From Phyllobates terribilis (lineage: Eukaryota), in NCBI RefSeq assembly GCF_046119375.1, contig NW_027362762.1, positions 933,348,001 through 933,412,000 on the forward strand: DNA of 64,000 bases, in the 5' to 3' direction. Of this stretch, positions 1 to 11,313 are shown piece after piece (position 1 is the stretch's first letter; each line of letters begins with the position of its first letter). Under the pieces are notes generated by a model. That model was given only the letters and a program-made list of their open reading frames with translations, searched no databases and was not told where the DNA came from. The translations under genes and the position numbers were made by a program.

Positions 1-323
1 TGCAGGTTCTCCTGCTCCTTCGCTGCCGGCAGCGCCCAGCTCTCCTGCGGGCAGCACTCCGCCACACTCTCCGCTCTCTTCTTTGCAGCGACCGTGTTTT
101 CCAAACTGGCGAACGGGTTCCTGCGCTTCCCTGGCCCGCTGCCGCTTCTTTGTGGTCCCGGAGAGAACGGCCGGACTCCAGGAACCCGCTTGGTCACATC
201 TCCCGGAGAAAACAGCCCTGTCCTGACTCCAGCCTCGCTGCGGCTCCTCCGCCGGCTCAGCCGCAGGATCTCAGACGGCTTCTTGAAGCTGGGGGAGTAG
301 CCGGGTAACTTGTCGGAGGACAT
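1..323 (-). CDS. DONSON: DONSON, first coding exon (continues off the left edge)
   Basis: Reverse strand from the ATG at 323 (context gccgccATG) reads MSSDKLPGYSPSFKKPSEILRLSRRRSRSEAG...KRRNPFASLEN. This matches the recalled vertebrate DONSON N-terminus (PGYSPxFxKP..vRL, RRNPFAxL). The position next to CRYZL1 fits the known DONSON-CRYZL1-ITSN1 synteny. Confidence 0.9.
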   Translation of the reverse strand, partial: MSSDKLPGYSPSFKKPSEILRLSRRRSRSEAGVRTGLFSPGDVTKRVPGVRPFSPGPQRSGSGPGKRRNPFASLENTVAAKKRAESVAECCPQESWALPAAKEQENL

Positions 324-420
324 GGCGGCCGCTCTCAGGATCTGCGGACCGACCAGCAGCAGCTCATTCCGAATGTGGCGCGCTTTCCCTGGTGACGTCA
401 GGCCCCGCCCATACGAAAAC
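324..420 (-). promoter_or_regulatory. DONSON 5'UTR/proximal promoter (CpG-rich; CRE, GC box, E2F-like motif)
   Basis: TGACGTCA at 393-400, GGCCCCGCCC at 401-410 and TGGCGCGC at about 376-383, directly upstream of the DONSON ATG. Confidence 0.6.
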
Positions 421-572
421 AGGTTACCGCCTCCTGCAGATACTGCCCGTCACCACCAGAGGTCACTGCTGCTTCTCGATAAATAATGGTGCATTACTCA
501 CAACCACCAGTAGGTGTCGCTACATGCTTACAATTCAATTACATATAAAATGATAATTGTTGAACGTGTTAA

Positions 573-681
573 AGGGGTTTTTCACCTTTAGGGATAAATA
601 TTACTTTTTTTTTCTTATTAAATGCATGTATTATGGATAAAGATCACTCTTTGTAATTGGGTTTCAATAAAAATGTACCAT

Positions 682-722
<41 letters not shown>

Positions 723-1073
723 TTTTATTTTGATAGTGCCAACATATTCCACAGCACTTTACAAATTTAATCATTTGCCTTCTGTAGCCTCCGCGTTTGC
801 ATTGTACACTGCTGGAATGAGTTAACTAAGAGTTCATCAGTGAGTTCATTTTGATGGTCTGACAGGGAATTTGTAGCTCATTAACCTGTCTTTTTCTGGG
901 CTCCTTTCCGCTGATTTCTGACTACAGACTATATCAGAGTTGAATGTGCAGGAAAATAAAGAGTCTGTAATAACCAAATGGTAAAATATTTTAAACAAAT
1001 TACAAAAATGATTTTAAATCCCAAATACATGTATTTAAAAAATTTAAAAGAGCATTAGAGGTGGACTATCCCT
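573..1073. mobile_element. Kolobok/T2-type MITE (degenerate)
   Basis: TTAA at 569-572 and 1074-1077 flank imperfect TIRs (AGGGGTTTTTCACCT / AGGTGGACTATCCCT). Confidence 0.45.
684..763 (-). repeat. (AAT)n microsatellite forming the tail of an L2/SINE 3' end
   Basis: About 13 AAT units are followed by GATAGTGCCAACATATTCCACAGCACTTTACA. The same tail motif occurs on the SINE at 63371-63420. Confidence 0.65.
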
Positions 1074-1205
1074 TTAAATATAAACGTGTCTTTTTTTCAC
1101 CATTCAGTTGCAGCTTTATTTGCAGGACAGGAATATTCTCCTTGTGGAAAGAATCATTTAACGCATCACCTTATTCTGTGCTGTTAATTAATTCCTTTAT
1201 ATTCT

Positions 1206-1340
1206 GTACATATAAATAATACCCCCATATACAGTACATATAAATAATACTCCCCATATACAGTACATATAAATAATACTCCCCATATACAGTATACACA
1301 AATACCACCGTATACTGTACATATAAATAATACCACCGTA
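1206..1340. repeat. ~29-bp AT-rich tandem repeat
   Basis: About 4 degenerate copies of TACATATAAATAATAC(T)CCCCATATACAG. Confidence 0.75.
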
Positions 1341-2408
1341 TACACAAGACTCATTGACTTCTATGGGAGAATATTGCAGTCTGTTTGAGGTATTTGTGCA
1401 GGGAGGTGGAAGACGTGAGCTGAGACCATCATCTGTTTTGAATGGTGTATCCCATGTTATCTGTATATACAGTCATGGCTGAAAGTGTTGGTTGCGGGGT
1501 GCCAGTGGGTTGCCATGACAGAAGACCCCCGTGCCTGTCATTATGAACCTCCTGTGAATGCCGGTTCAAGACCGGCATTCATAGAAGATCATAATTTCTG
1601 CTGTACATAGCAGTACTGAAGCCCTGCTATGTATAGCACAGGCGATCGGACGATTGGAGGTTCAAGTCCCCTAGGGGGACTATTAAATACAGTACAAATT
1701 GTAGAAAAAAAAAGGTTTAAAAAATATGGGAAAAAAAACACTAGTTCATATCACCCCCCCCCCCCCTTTTCTCCATTGAAGATAAAACAAAAAATAAAAA
1801 AAATACATATATTTGTTATCGCTGCCTTCAGAAATGTCTGATCTATCAAAATATTAAATAAATTAATCTGGTCAATAAACGATGAAACAAAAACCAAATC
1901 ACCAGAATTACGTTTTTTTGGTTGCGGCAACATTGCAATAAATTGCAATAAGAGGCGATCAAAACATCGTATCTACCCCAAAATGGTATCAGTAAAAACC
2001 TCAGCTCAGGGCGCAAAAAAGAAGCCCTCACCCAACCCCACGTGAAAAATCAAAGCTTTACCGGTGGCAGAAAATGGCGACTAAATGCAGAAGAATTTTT
2101 TCATCTACATTTCCTTTTTTTTTTCACCATGTAAAAAAAACCTACATGTTTGGTATCTGCGTGCTAGTACTGACCTGGAGAATCATATTGCCAGGTTAGT
2201 TTTACCATATAGTGAACATGGTAAATAAAAAAAACAATTGTTGAATTGCAATTTCACCACAATTTGAATTTTTCCCAGTTTTCCAGTGAATCACAGGATA
2301 AAGTGAACGGCGTCATTCAAAAGTACAACTTGTCCTGCAAAAAACAAGCCCACATGCAGCTATGTGGACAGAAAAATAAAAAAGTTATGGCTCTTGGGAG
2401 AAGGGGAA

Positions 2409-2600
2409 TGTCACACAGGGTCACCCAGATCCCACCACTGTTACACCTTTGTCACAGATGACACCGGAGGGATCACACAGATCCTCCCACCTCTGTCACC
2501 AGCTGTCAGGAAACACAACTCCGCTGCCTCCAATCGTCAGGATAATTACGCAATTGGCTGATGAGTGATGGACGAGGCAGCAACTGTTTCCACTACTAGG
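2409..2600. mobile_element. LTR fragment related to 21300-21470
   Basis: Colinear similarity (CCCACCACTGTTAC..TTTGTCA.AGATGACACC...AATTACGC.ATTGGCTGATG...CACTACTAGGC) to the LTR beside the PBS at 21246. Confidence 0.6.
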
Positions 2601-2670
2601 CCAGTTATTGGGGAACTCACAGTGAGCGTATGGTATATACACCTCCGATTACAGTTCATGAGATATACAG

Positions 2671-2675
<5 letters not shown>

Positions 2676-2708
<33 letters not shown>
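2676..2708. repeat. (TA)n microsatellite
   Basis: Run of TA dinucleotides seen directly. Confidence 0.9.
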
Positions 2709-2712
<4 letters not shown>

Positions 2713-3593
2713 CAGAGTGATCTATTTCAAGTTTTATTTCTGTAAGGCTGTGTGCCCACGATGCGTTTTTTAAGCGTTTCCGCAGCGGCAATTCCACTAC
2801 AGAAACGCTTAAAAAACGCTTGGTAGAAGGTCTGCCATGTTCCCCAATGATAATCCACATGTGCTGTGCACATGCTGCGGAAATTTCCACTGCTGATTAT
2901 CATTGCAGAAAAATCCGCAGCACTACCAATTATTTTGCGGAAGTGCGGCGTTTTCGCTGCCATTGACTTGCATTGGAACGCATGGATTACGCATCACTGC
3001 ATCTGTACATGCAGAATCCATGCGTTTAAATGTGCAGATGGTACCCGGGTCTGGAGGACAGGAGACTCTCCTCCGGACCCGGGTACCATAGAACCTGTGA
3101 AAAAAAGAATAAAATAAATATTATATATATATATTTTTTTTAAATCAGATATTTTTTATTAAAAGACTTTTTATAACATTATACATAAACAACAGTGAAG
3201 CATCACTAAACTAGCAGTGCCTCTCAAGACCCACCCGTTCCCCTTCCCCCCACCCATAACAGCCCCAAGAACCATATGGCAAAAAACAAATTTTGTTACA
3301 GACCGTATACCATCATAAAGCTTATCCGACTGTTAAAGCATTACTAGTTTGATCCATGGGTACAGAGCTTAGTATCTGATAATCAGTAATTAGTTATACA
3401 GAACATGAGAGACCACAACATTTTAAATTCAAGTGATATTTAAAATAGACATAATATGATAACCATGAAACATGCTCCATTTACCCCAGATTTTATCGAA
3501 TTTACGTATAGCCTTCCGCTTTTTGTACACTCCCTCTTCTAATCTTAATAAAAGACGCATTCTATCCAAGAATTCCTGGAGCCTGAGAGGGGA

Positions 3594-3707
3594 GGGATCC
3601 AACCAATGTGCAGCTATAAGCTTTCTGACCTGGGATCCAACCAATGTGCAGCTATAAGCTTTCTGACCTGGGATCCAACCAATGTGCAGCTATAAGCTTT
3701 CTGACCT
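3594..3707. repeat. 38-bp exact triplication inside L1 ORF2
   Basis: GGGATCCAACCAATGTGCAGCTATAAGCTTTCTGACCT starts at 3594, 3632 and 3670. Confidence 0.95.
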
Positions 3708-4656
3708 GGTATAGAGTCCTCTTAAAGGCTATTATTTCATCCTCTTCACATCCTATTATTTCTACATGGCCTAATACACACACTTTAGAATATAGGGGTA
3801 AATTACACTCAAACACATCATTAATGTATTGCACACACTCATTCCAGAATACAGCGACCCTTCTACACATCCACATCATATGCATAAGATCTGCTCCTTC
3901 CTCTCCACATTTTGGACACGCACTGTCATTCCTTGCCCCAATGCGCTGTAGAAATTTGGGGGTTCTATATACCCTATGTAATAAGTACAACTGTGAAAGT
4001 CTATGTGCCTCACATGTAGATAGTATCGGAACGCTCCCCACCACATCTTCTCACTCCTCTGAGGATATAGTACCGATGTCGCGTTCCCACCTCTCCTTAA
4101 CATTTAAGGGTCTGTCCCACTGAAATTGCTGCATAAGTATCCCGTAAATTCTGGAAATCAATCCCTTCCCACCTCTATGGCATAATAATGTGTTAAACAG
4201 TAGATGATGTTGGATTTTACTTTGCATATGTCGCGGCTGTACAAACCATGCATGCCTCAATTGGAGATAAAAATAAAAACTAGTTTGTGGAATATAGTAT
4301 TCTTCTTTTATCTGTTGGAACGATTTAAATATTTCCCCCTCTAATATTTGCGCCACATTAGTTATTCCCAATTTTTCCCATATTCCAAATCCTTTCAGTT
4401 TATGGATCTCTGGAAGGCCCGCATTATGCCACAGCGGAGTAAACGGGGTAAAGCCTTTTATTCCCAACAACAATTTGATTTTCTGCCACGTTTTCCCCAT
4501 AAGTGTTAGGGTCGGGAGGTGTCTCCTAGCATCCCACCCCGAGATTCCTATTTCTAGAAAGGAGGTAATTGGCAGATTGTGTGATAATAGACGTATCAGT
4601 TTACCTAGGTTCCCCTGGATTAACCAGAGCTGTTGCATTTAAGAAGCTAGAAAATA

Positions 4657-6306
4657 CAGTCATATGAAAAAGTTTGGGCACCCCTATTAATCTTAAGCTT
4701 AATGTTTTATAAAAATTGGTGTTTTTGCAACAGCTATTTCAGTTTGATATATGTAATAACTGTTGGACACAGTAATGTTTCTGCCTTGAAATGAGGTTTA
4801 TTGTACTAACAGAAAATGTGCAATCTGCATTCAAACAAAATTTGAAAGGTGCATAAGTATGGGCACCCTTATCATTTTCTTGTTTTAAATACTCCTACCT
4901 GCTTTTTACTGACTTACTAAAGCACTTTTTTTGGTTTTGTAACCTCATGGAGCTTTGAACTTTATAGCCAGGTGTATGCAATCATGAGAAAAGCTACTTA
5001 AAGTGGCCACTTGCAAGTTGTTCTCCTGTTTGAATCTCCTCTGAAGAGTGGCATCATGGGCTCCTCAAAACAACTGTCAAATGATCTGAAAACAAAGATT
5101 ATTCAACATAGTTGTTCAGGGGAAGCATACAAAAAGCTGTCTCAGAGATTTAACCTGTCAGTTTCCACTGTGAGGAACATAGTAAGGAAATGGAAGAACA
5201 CAGGGACAGTTCTTGTTAAGGCCAGAAGTGGCAGGCCAAGAAAAACATCAGAAAGGCAGAGAAGAAGAATGGTGAGATCAGTCAAGGACAATCCTCAGAC
5301 CACCTCCAGAGAGCTGCAGCATCAACTTGCTGCAGATGGTGTCACTGTGCATCGGTCAACTATACAAGGCACTTTGCACAAGGAGAAGCTGTATGGGAGA
5401 GTGATGCGAAAGAAGCCGTTTCTGCAAGCACGCCACAAACAGAGTTGGCTGAGGTATGCAAAAGCACATTTGGAGAAGCCAATTTCTTTTTGGAAGAAGG
5501 TCCTGTGGACTGATGAAATCAAGATTGAGTTATTTGGTCATACAAAAAGGCGTTATGCATGGTGGCAAAAAAACACAGCATTCCAAGAAAAACACTTGCT
5601 ACCCACAGTAAAATTTGGTGGAGGTTCCATCATGCTTTGGGGCTGTGTGGTCAATGCTGGCACTGGGAATCTTGTTAAAGTTGAGGGACGCATGGATTCC
5701 ACTCAGTATCAGCAGATTCTTGACAATAGTGTTCAAGAATCAGTGATAAATATGAAGTTACAAAGTGGATGGATCTTTCAGCAAGACAATGATCCAAAAC
5801 ACCGCTCCAAATCTACTCAGGCATTCATGCAGAGGAACAACTACAATGTTCTGGAATGGCCATCCCAGTCCCCAGACCTGAATATCATTGAACATCTGTG
5901 GGATCATTTGAAGAGGGCTGTCCATGCTCGGCGACCATCAAACTTAACTGAACTGGAATTGTTTTGTAAAGAGGAATGGTCAAAAATACCTTCATCCAGG
6001 ATCCAGGAACTCATTAAAAGCTACAGGAAGCGACTAGAGGCTGTTATTTTTGCAAAAGGAGGATCTACTAACTATTAATGTCACTTTTCTGGTGAGGTGC
6101 CCATACTTATGCACCTGTCAAATTTTGTTTGAATGCAGATTGCACATTTTCTGTTAGTACAATGAACCTCATTTCAAGGCAGAAACATTACTGTATCCAA
6201 CAGTTATTACATATATCAAACTGAAATAGCTGTTGCAAAAACACCAATTTTTATAGAACATTAAGCTTAAGATTAATAGGGGTGCCCAAACTTTTTCATA
6301 TGACTG
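4657..6306 (+). mobile_element. Full-length Tc1 transposon (family A, IR/DR type), copy 1
   Basis: TA at 4655-56 and 6307-08. 211-bp TIRs (4657-4867; 6096-6306) carry outer AAAAAGTTTGGGCACC and inner ATAAGTATGGGCACC direct repeats. Removing the element and one TA restores the L1 frame (PWIYFLAS). Confidence 0.95.
5056..6078 (+). CDS. Tc1 DD34E transposase, open 340-aa ORF
   Basis: MGSSKQLSNDLK...RSGRP...WTDE...QQDNDPKH...SPDLNIIEHLW...KGGSTNY*. There are 34 residues between the second D and the E. Confidence 0.92.
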   Translation: MGSSKQLSNDLKTKIIQHSCSGEAYKKLSQRFNLSVSTVRNIVRKWKNTGTVLVKARSGRPRKTSERQRRRMVRSVKDNPQTTSRELQHQLAADGVTVHRSTIQGTLHKEKLYGRVMRKKPFLQARHKQSWLRYAKAHLEKPISFWKKVLWTDEIKIELFGHTKRRYAWWQKNTAFQEKHLLPTVKFGGGSIMLWGCVVNAGTGNLVKVEGRMDSTQYQQILDNSVQESVINMKLQSGWIFQQDNDPKHRSKSTQAFMQRNNYNVLEWPSQSPDLNIIEHLWDHLKRAVHARRPSNLTELELFCKEEWSKIPSSRIQELIKSYRKRLEAVIFAKGGSTNY

Positions 6307-7401
6307 TATATCCATGGATTAGGTGCGGCTAGTCCCCCCTGATCTTTGGGCCTTTGAAGTGTATCCAAGCTGATTCTGGCCACCCCTTTTTTCCAGATCA
6401 ATTCCCGAAACAGTGCCTGAAATTTATAAAATATTCTCATGGGGATCCAAACCGGTGAATTATGAAGGATATATAATAATTGGGGATAAATATTATATTT
6501 ACCTTCTGATGGCCCCCGGTATCCTTGTCTTCACTTGCCGGCAGCTCGCGGTGGACTGAAGGACCTGCCATAACTTCATAGTCATGTGACGGCTGGTCCT
6601 TCAGTGCACCGCGAGCTGCCGGCTAGCCAGGACGGAGCGAAGCAAGACTGCGGGGGCCGTCAGAAGGTAAGTATAGATTTTTTTTTTATTTTTTACCATT
6701 CTATCGGTCACACTATATAAATACATGTACAATCCACATGTACAATCCGCATGTACAATCCGCATGTACAATCCACATGTACAATCCGCATGTGATTTTT
6801 CTGCCAGGGAGATGCAGAAACGCTCAGGAAAAAATCCTGAGCATTTCTGCATCATGGGCACATAGCCTTAATCTTGATTATGGCTTACAGCCAATGAAAA
6901 CACAAAAGTCATTATCTCAGTAAATTGAAAAAATTAACAAAAAACATCTGCAAAGGCTTCCTAAGTGTTTAAGAAGGTCCCTTAGTCTGTTTCAGTAGGC
7001 TCCACAATCATGGGGAAGACTGCTGACTTGACAGATGTCCAGAAGGCAGTCATTGACACACTCCACAAGGTCCCAGAATCTGGAGGAAGAGTGGAGAGAC
7101 CACAATCCAAGCTGCTTGAGGTCTAGTGTGAAATTTCCACAATCACTGATGGTTTGGGGAGCCATGTCATCTGCTGGTGTAGGTCCACTGTGTTTTATCA
7201 AGACCAAAGTCAGCGCAGCCGTCTACCAGGACATTTTACAGCACTTCATGCTTCCCTCTGCCGACAAGCTTTTTGGAGATGGAAATGTCATTCTCCAGCA
7301 GGACTTGGCCCCTGTCCACACGGCCAAAAGTACCAATACCTGGTTTACAAACAACAGTATCACTGTGCGTGATTGGCCAGCAGACTCGCCTGACGTTAAC
7401 C

Positions 7402-9285
7402 CAGGCCCGGCGTCAGCACCCGGGCAAGTGCCGGGGCCCTGAGCAGGCGGGGGGGCCCACTCGCGCTATGAAACCCGTGAGCGGTGCCGGTGCCAGCTCC
7501 CGCCACCACCCCCTTCCCCCTGCTAGCTCAGGGCCCCGGCGGCCGGCGGCACAATACTTACCTCTCCCCGTGCCTCCGCAGCAGCTCAGGTCTTTTCCAT
7601 GGCTGCTGAACTGTGACGTCTCAGGTCAGAGGGTGCGGTGACGTCTTTCCATGGCGCTCTCTCCTGAACCGTCACAGGCAGCGCAGAGCGGGAAGACGCC
7701 GGCACGGATGAGGGGTCCGGAGCAGCGGCAGCAGGTGAGAGGTGAGGTATTTGATTTTTTTTTCCTTTATGTATGGACGTATGGGGCATTATATGGGGGG
7801 GGGAGTGACATCCTGCATGAGGCATTATGTGGGGGAGGGGAAACAGCCTGCATGGAGCATTATATGGGGGCATACTGTGCGCTGCGAGAATTCACCGGTT
7901 TCTGAGCTATTGTAGAATTTACTATAGATATCGCTCATGTAATGTAAGAAGTGAAATCTTTGGCCTTGTACTATATATATATATATATACACTGCTCAAA
8001 AAAATAAAGGGAACACTGAAATAACACATCCTAGATCTGAATGAATGAAATATTCTCATTGAATACTTTGTTCTGTACAAAGTTGAATGTGCTGACAACA
8101 AAATCACACAAAAATCATCAATGGAAATCAAATTTATTAACCAATGGAGGCCTGGATTTGGAGGCACCCCCAAAATTAAAGTGGAAAACACACTACAGGC
8201 TGATACAAATTTGATGTAATGTCCTTAAAACAAGTCAAAATGAGTCTCAGTATTGTGTGTGGCCTCCACGTGCCTGTATGACCTCCCTACAACGCCTGGG
8301 CATGCTCCTGATGAGGTTGTGGATGGTCTCCTGTGGGATCTCCTCCCAGACCTGGACTAAAGCATCCGCCAACTCCTGGACAGTCTGTGGTGCAACGTGA
8401 CGTTGGTGGATGGAGCGAGACATGATGTCCCAGATGTGCTCAATCGGATTCAGGTCTGGGGAACGTACGGGCCAGTCCATAGCTTCAATGCCTTCATCTT
8501 GCAGGAACTGCTGACACACTCCAGCCACATGAGGTCTGGCATTGTCCTGCATTAGGAGGAACCCAGGGCCAACCGCACCAGCATATGGTCTCACAAGGGG
8601 TCTGAGGATCTCATCTCGGTACCTAATGGCAGTCAGGCTACCTCTGGCGAGCACATGGAGGGCTGTGCGACCCTCCAAAGAAATGCCACAGAACACCAGG
8701 ATTGGCAAAGTCGCCACTGGCGCCCTGTGCTCTTCACAGATGAAAGCAGGTTCACACTGAGCACATGTGACAGACGTGACAGAGTCTGGAGACGTCGTGG
8801 AGAGCGATCTGCTGCCTGCAACATCCTTCAGCATGACCGGTTTGGCAGTGGGTCAGTAATGGTGTGGGGTGGCATTTCTTTGGAGGGCCGTACAGCCCTC
8901 CATGTGCTCGCCAGAGGCCACACACAATACCGAGCCTCATTTTGACTTGTTTTAAGGACATTACATCAAAGTTGGATCAGCCTGTAGTGTGTTTTTCCAC
9001 TTTAATTTTGGGGGTGACTCCAAATCCAGGCCTCCATTGGTTAATACATTTGATTTCCATTGATGATTTCTGTGTGATTTTGTTGTCAGCACATTCAACT
9101 TTGTACAGAACAAAGTATTCAATGAGAATATTTCATTCATTCAGATCTAGGATGTGTTATTTCACTTTATTTTTTTGAGCAGTGTATTTCTCTGCGGTAT
9201 CTGTGCATCCTGAATCGTGGTATGTGTTAAAGGGGCCACTGAGACTCTTTCGCCCAGGACCCAGAAAAACCTGGAGCTGGCCCTG
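7402..9285. mobile_element. hAT-type non-autonomous element inserted in the Tc1-B transposase
   Basis: Ends CAGGCCCGGCGTC and GGAGCTGGCCCTG. 8-bp TSD CGTTAACC (7394-7401) / CCTTAACC (9286-9293). It splits the Tc1 codons D-L-N-P. Confidence 0.75.
7990..9184. mobile_element. Rearranged Tc1 (family C) with two 3' ends
   Basis: TA|CACTGCTCAAAAAAATAAAG ... CTTTATTTTTTTGAGCAGTG|TA. The transposase C-terminal half is on the minus strand (8247-8690) and a central segment is on the plus strand (about 8690-8920). Confidence 0.85.
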
Positions 9286-9478
9286 CCTTAACCCCATAGC
9301 ATAGAGATTCTATGGGGTATTGTCAAGAGGAAGATGAGAGACACCAGACCCAACAATGCAGACGAGCTGAAGGCTGCTATCAAAGCAACCTGGGCTTCCA
9401 TAACACCTCAGCAGTGCCACAGGCTGATCGCCTCCATGCCAGTAATTGATGCAAAAGGAGCCCCGACCAAGTATTGAG

Positions 9479-11143
9479 TGTTACGAGTCCAGGTGGGGGA
9501 ACCTCTGTGCTTCGGTGCAAGGAGGGACCAGAGGGGCGTGACTAAGTGCCTACACGTCCTGACCAAGGTCGCACGGCGGCTCAATCGACTCCGTGAACCA
9601 GGGAGGGACCGGGCAGGTGGACCAGGTACAGCGGATGAGCATGGCAGGAAGGCTGACGTGTGGACCGGGTAGATAAGCAGGCTGATTCGGCAGATAGCCA
9701 GACGGGTGCTCCGGGTAGGCAAGCAGGCGGGCACGGCAGGTAACTAGCAGGTCCTCCAGGTAGGCTGGCTGGCAGGCACGACAGGTAACAGGCAGGTGCT
9801 CCAGATAAGCAGGCTGGCGAGCACAGCAGGTTACAGGCAGGTGCTCCTGGTAAGCAGGCTGGCGGGCACAACTGTAGACAGACTGGAGAACAGAACTGTT
9901 CTAGACCGACTTCACGCTGGGTCTTCTCCCTCCTGCCCTGCGCTTCCCCACTCTCAGTCCCGCTCGGGTGCTCTGATAATGGACAGAGGCGGTGCGGTGC
10001 AGTCATCCGAGTCTTTACTCACAGTTCTTTAGTTCCTCAGGGTGCACTGTCAGCTTACAGCCTCCCGCGTCGCGCTGCGCTCACCAGGCAGGGGTTCAGC
10101 TCTTCCTCAGGCAAATTAGGAGTACCTGACAAAACCCCACTTTCTCGTGTTCCTAGCCAGACCGACTTCACACTGGGTCTTTCTCCCTCCTGCCCTGCGC
10201 TGCCCACTCTCAATCATGCTCGGGTGCTCTGAAGTCCCTCCTGTCCGTCGGAGTTCACAGACCTGCTTGACCCTCACGGGGATTAGAATGCGGCTTACGA
10301 TCCCTCTGTCTTCTGACAGATTTGGGGCGTACGGGTGCCGTCCTGCACTCGCCGTACCCCCTAGGATCCCTTCTTAGAACGGAGCCTACTCCCTGCTCCC
10401 CTCCGGGGCCTCCAGACCAGGCCCTACTTGCGGAGCAGAGCTCCTAATGAGACTCTGCTCCCAGACTGTTTTTCTGAACTGTCCTGAGCTGTTCTTCTGA
10501 ACTGCTCTCCTCTCACTGACTAACCATTTTGTTCAGTCACCCTAAGATGGCTTCCCTATTTATATCTCCTACCAAAGTGCTTCCCCTAACTACTTCCTCC
10601 ACCCACACCCACTACTGGTTCCCCCTACCTTTGGGTTCCCCCCACTCCAGCCAGGGTCAGGGCTCAGCAGGAACATACATTGCGTCTTGCCCTTCCAGCC
10701 GGCCTGGAGCAGTGTAGTGTTGGATGCAGGTGTTAGGGTTCCGGGCAGCACTCCCTCCTTACCTGAGAGGAGGAGATACCACACCTCAGGGTGAGGTGCA
10801 GTACCTCTGTGGCGACTGAACCCTCAGGGGCGCCACACTACAACGCCCAGCGCAATCAACAACCCCTACACTGCCCTGGAGCTATCTCTTCCTGTGGAGA
10901 GCCATACCATCCCTGCTGCAGTAACATCAGCTTCAGAGGACTGCTCCGCAGCGGCGGCTCCCTTTGGCCGCATTCCACAGGTGGCGTCACGAACACTTCC
11001 TAAACCTACAAACCCCTTACAAATATCAAGCCCCCTTTTTTGTTGACCGCCCTGGGCCACGGACCGGGCCAGCCGCCGTGATATCCCCCACCAGCATCCA
11101 TAGGCCCAGCTGTCGAGTACCCCCCGGCCCTGGGGGTGCGTCA
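9479..11143. mobile_element. Cluster of LTR-retroelement fragments
   Basis: A TGTTACG...CCTGACA block (9479-10130) has a purine-tract-like flank on the minus strand and internal ~40-bp repeats at 9650-9870. A minus-strand LTR start (rc TGTGGCGCCCC) ends at 10837. A plus-strand LTR 3' part ends GGGTGCGTCA at 11143. Confidence 0.5.
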
Positions 11144-11313
11144 TCTTCATTGGCTGTAAGCCATAATCATCAACATTAACAGAAATAAACACCTGAAATA
11201 GATCACTGTTTGTAATGACTCTATATAATATATGAGCTATACTTTTTGTATTGAAGATCTGACATAAATTTACTTTTTGATGATATTCTAATTTAGTGAG
11301 ATGCACCTGTATA

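Larger units (their letters stand above)
3127..6485 (-). mobile_element. 5'-truncated LINE-1 (ORF2 C-terminus + 3'UTR + polyA), interrupted by a Tc1
   Basis: Minus-strand frames give L1-type motifs GGLAAPNPWIYFLAS, FTPLWHN and the Cys-rich CPKCGEEGADLMHMMWMC. AATAAA and a short A-tail lie near 3134-3160. A 13-bp TSD ATAAATATTATAT is at 3114-3126 and 6486-6498. Confidence 0.85.
2746..6867. mobile_element. PIF/Harbinger-like MITE split by an L1 insertion
   Basis: Terminal 20-mers AGGCTGTGTGCCCACGATGC and GCATCATGGGCACATAGCCT match 18/20 as inverted repeats, with TAA/TTA-type flanks. The halves are 2746-3126 and 6486-6867. A 13-bp CATGTACAATCC(A/G) tandem lies at about 6724-6793. Confidence 0.7.
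2713..11309 (+). mobile_element. Fragmented Tc1 element (family B) stretched by nested insertions
   Basis: Left-TIR pieces at 2713-2745 and 6868-6900 are the reverse complement of the right TIR at 11144-11309, which ends GAGATGCACCTG|TA. Transposase remnants lie at 7010-7400 (MGKTADLT...VWGAMSSAG...QQDLAP) and 9290-9478 (NPI...KGAPTKY*). Confidence 0.75.

Noticed and set aside
622-825. Poly-Ile ORF
   Set aside because: It is the translation of the (AAT)n tail.
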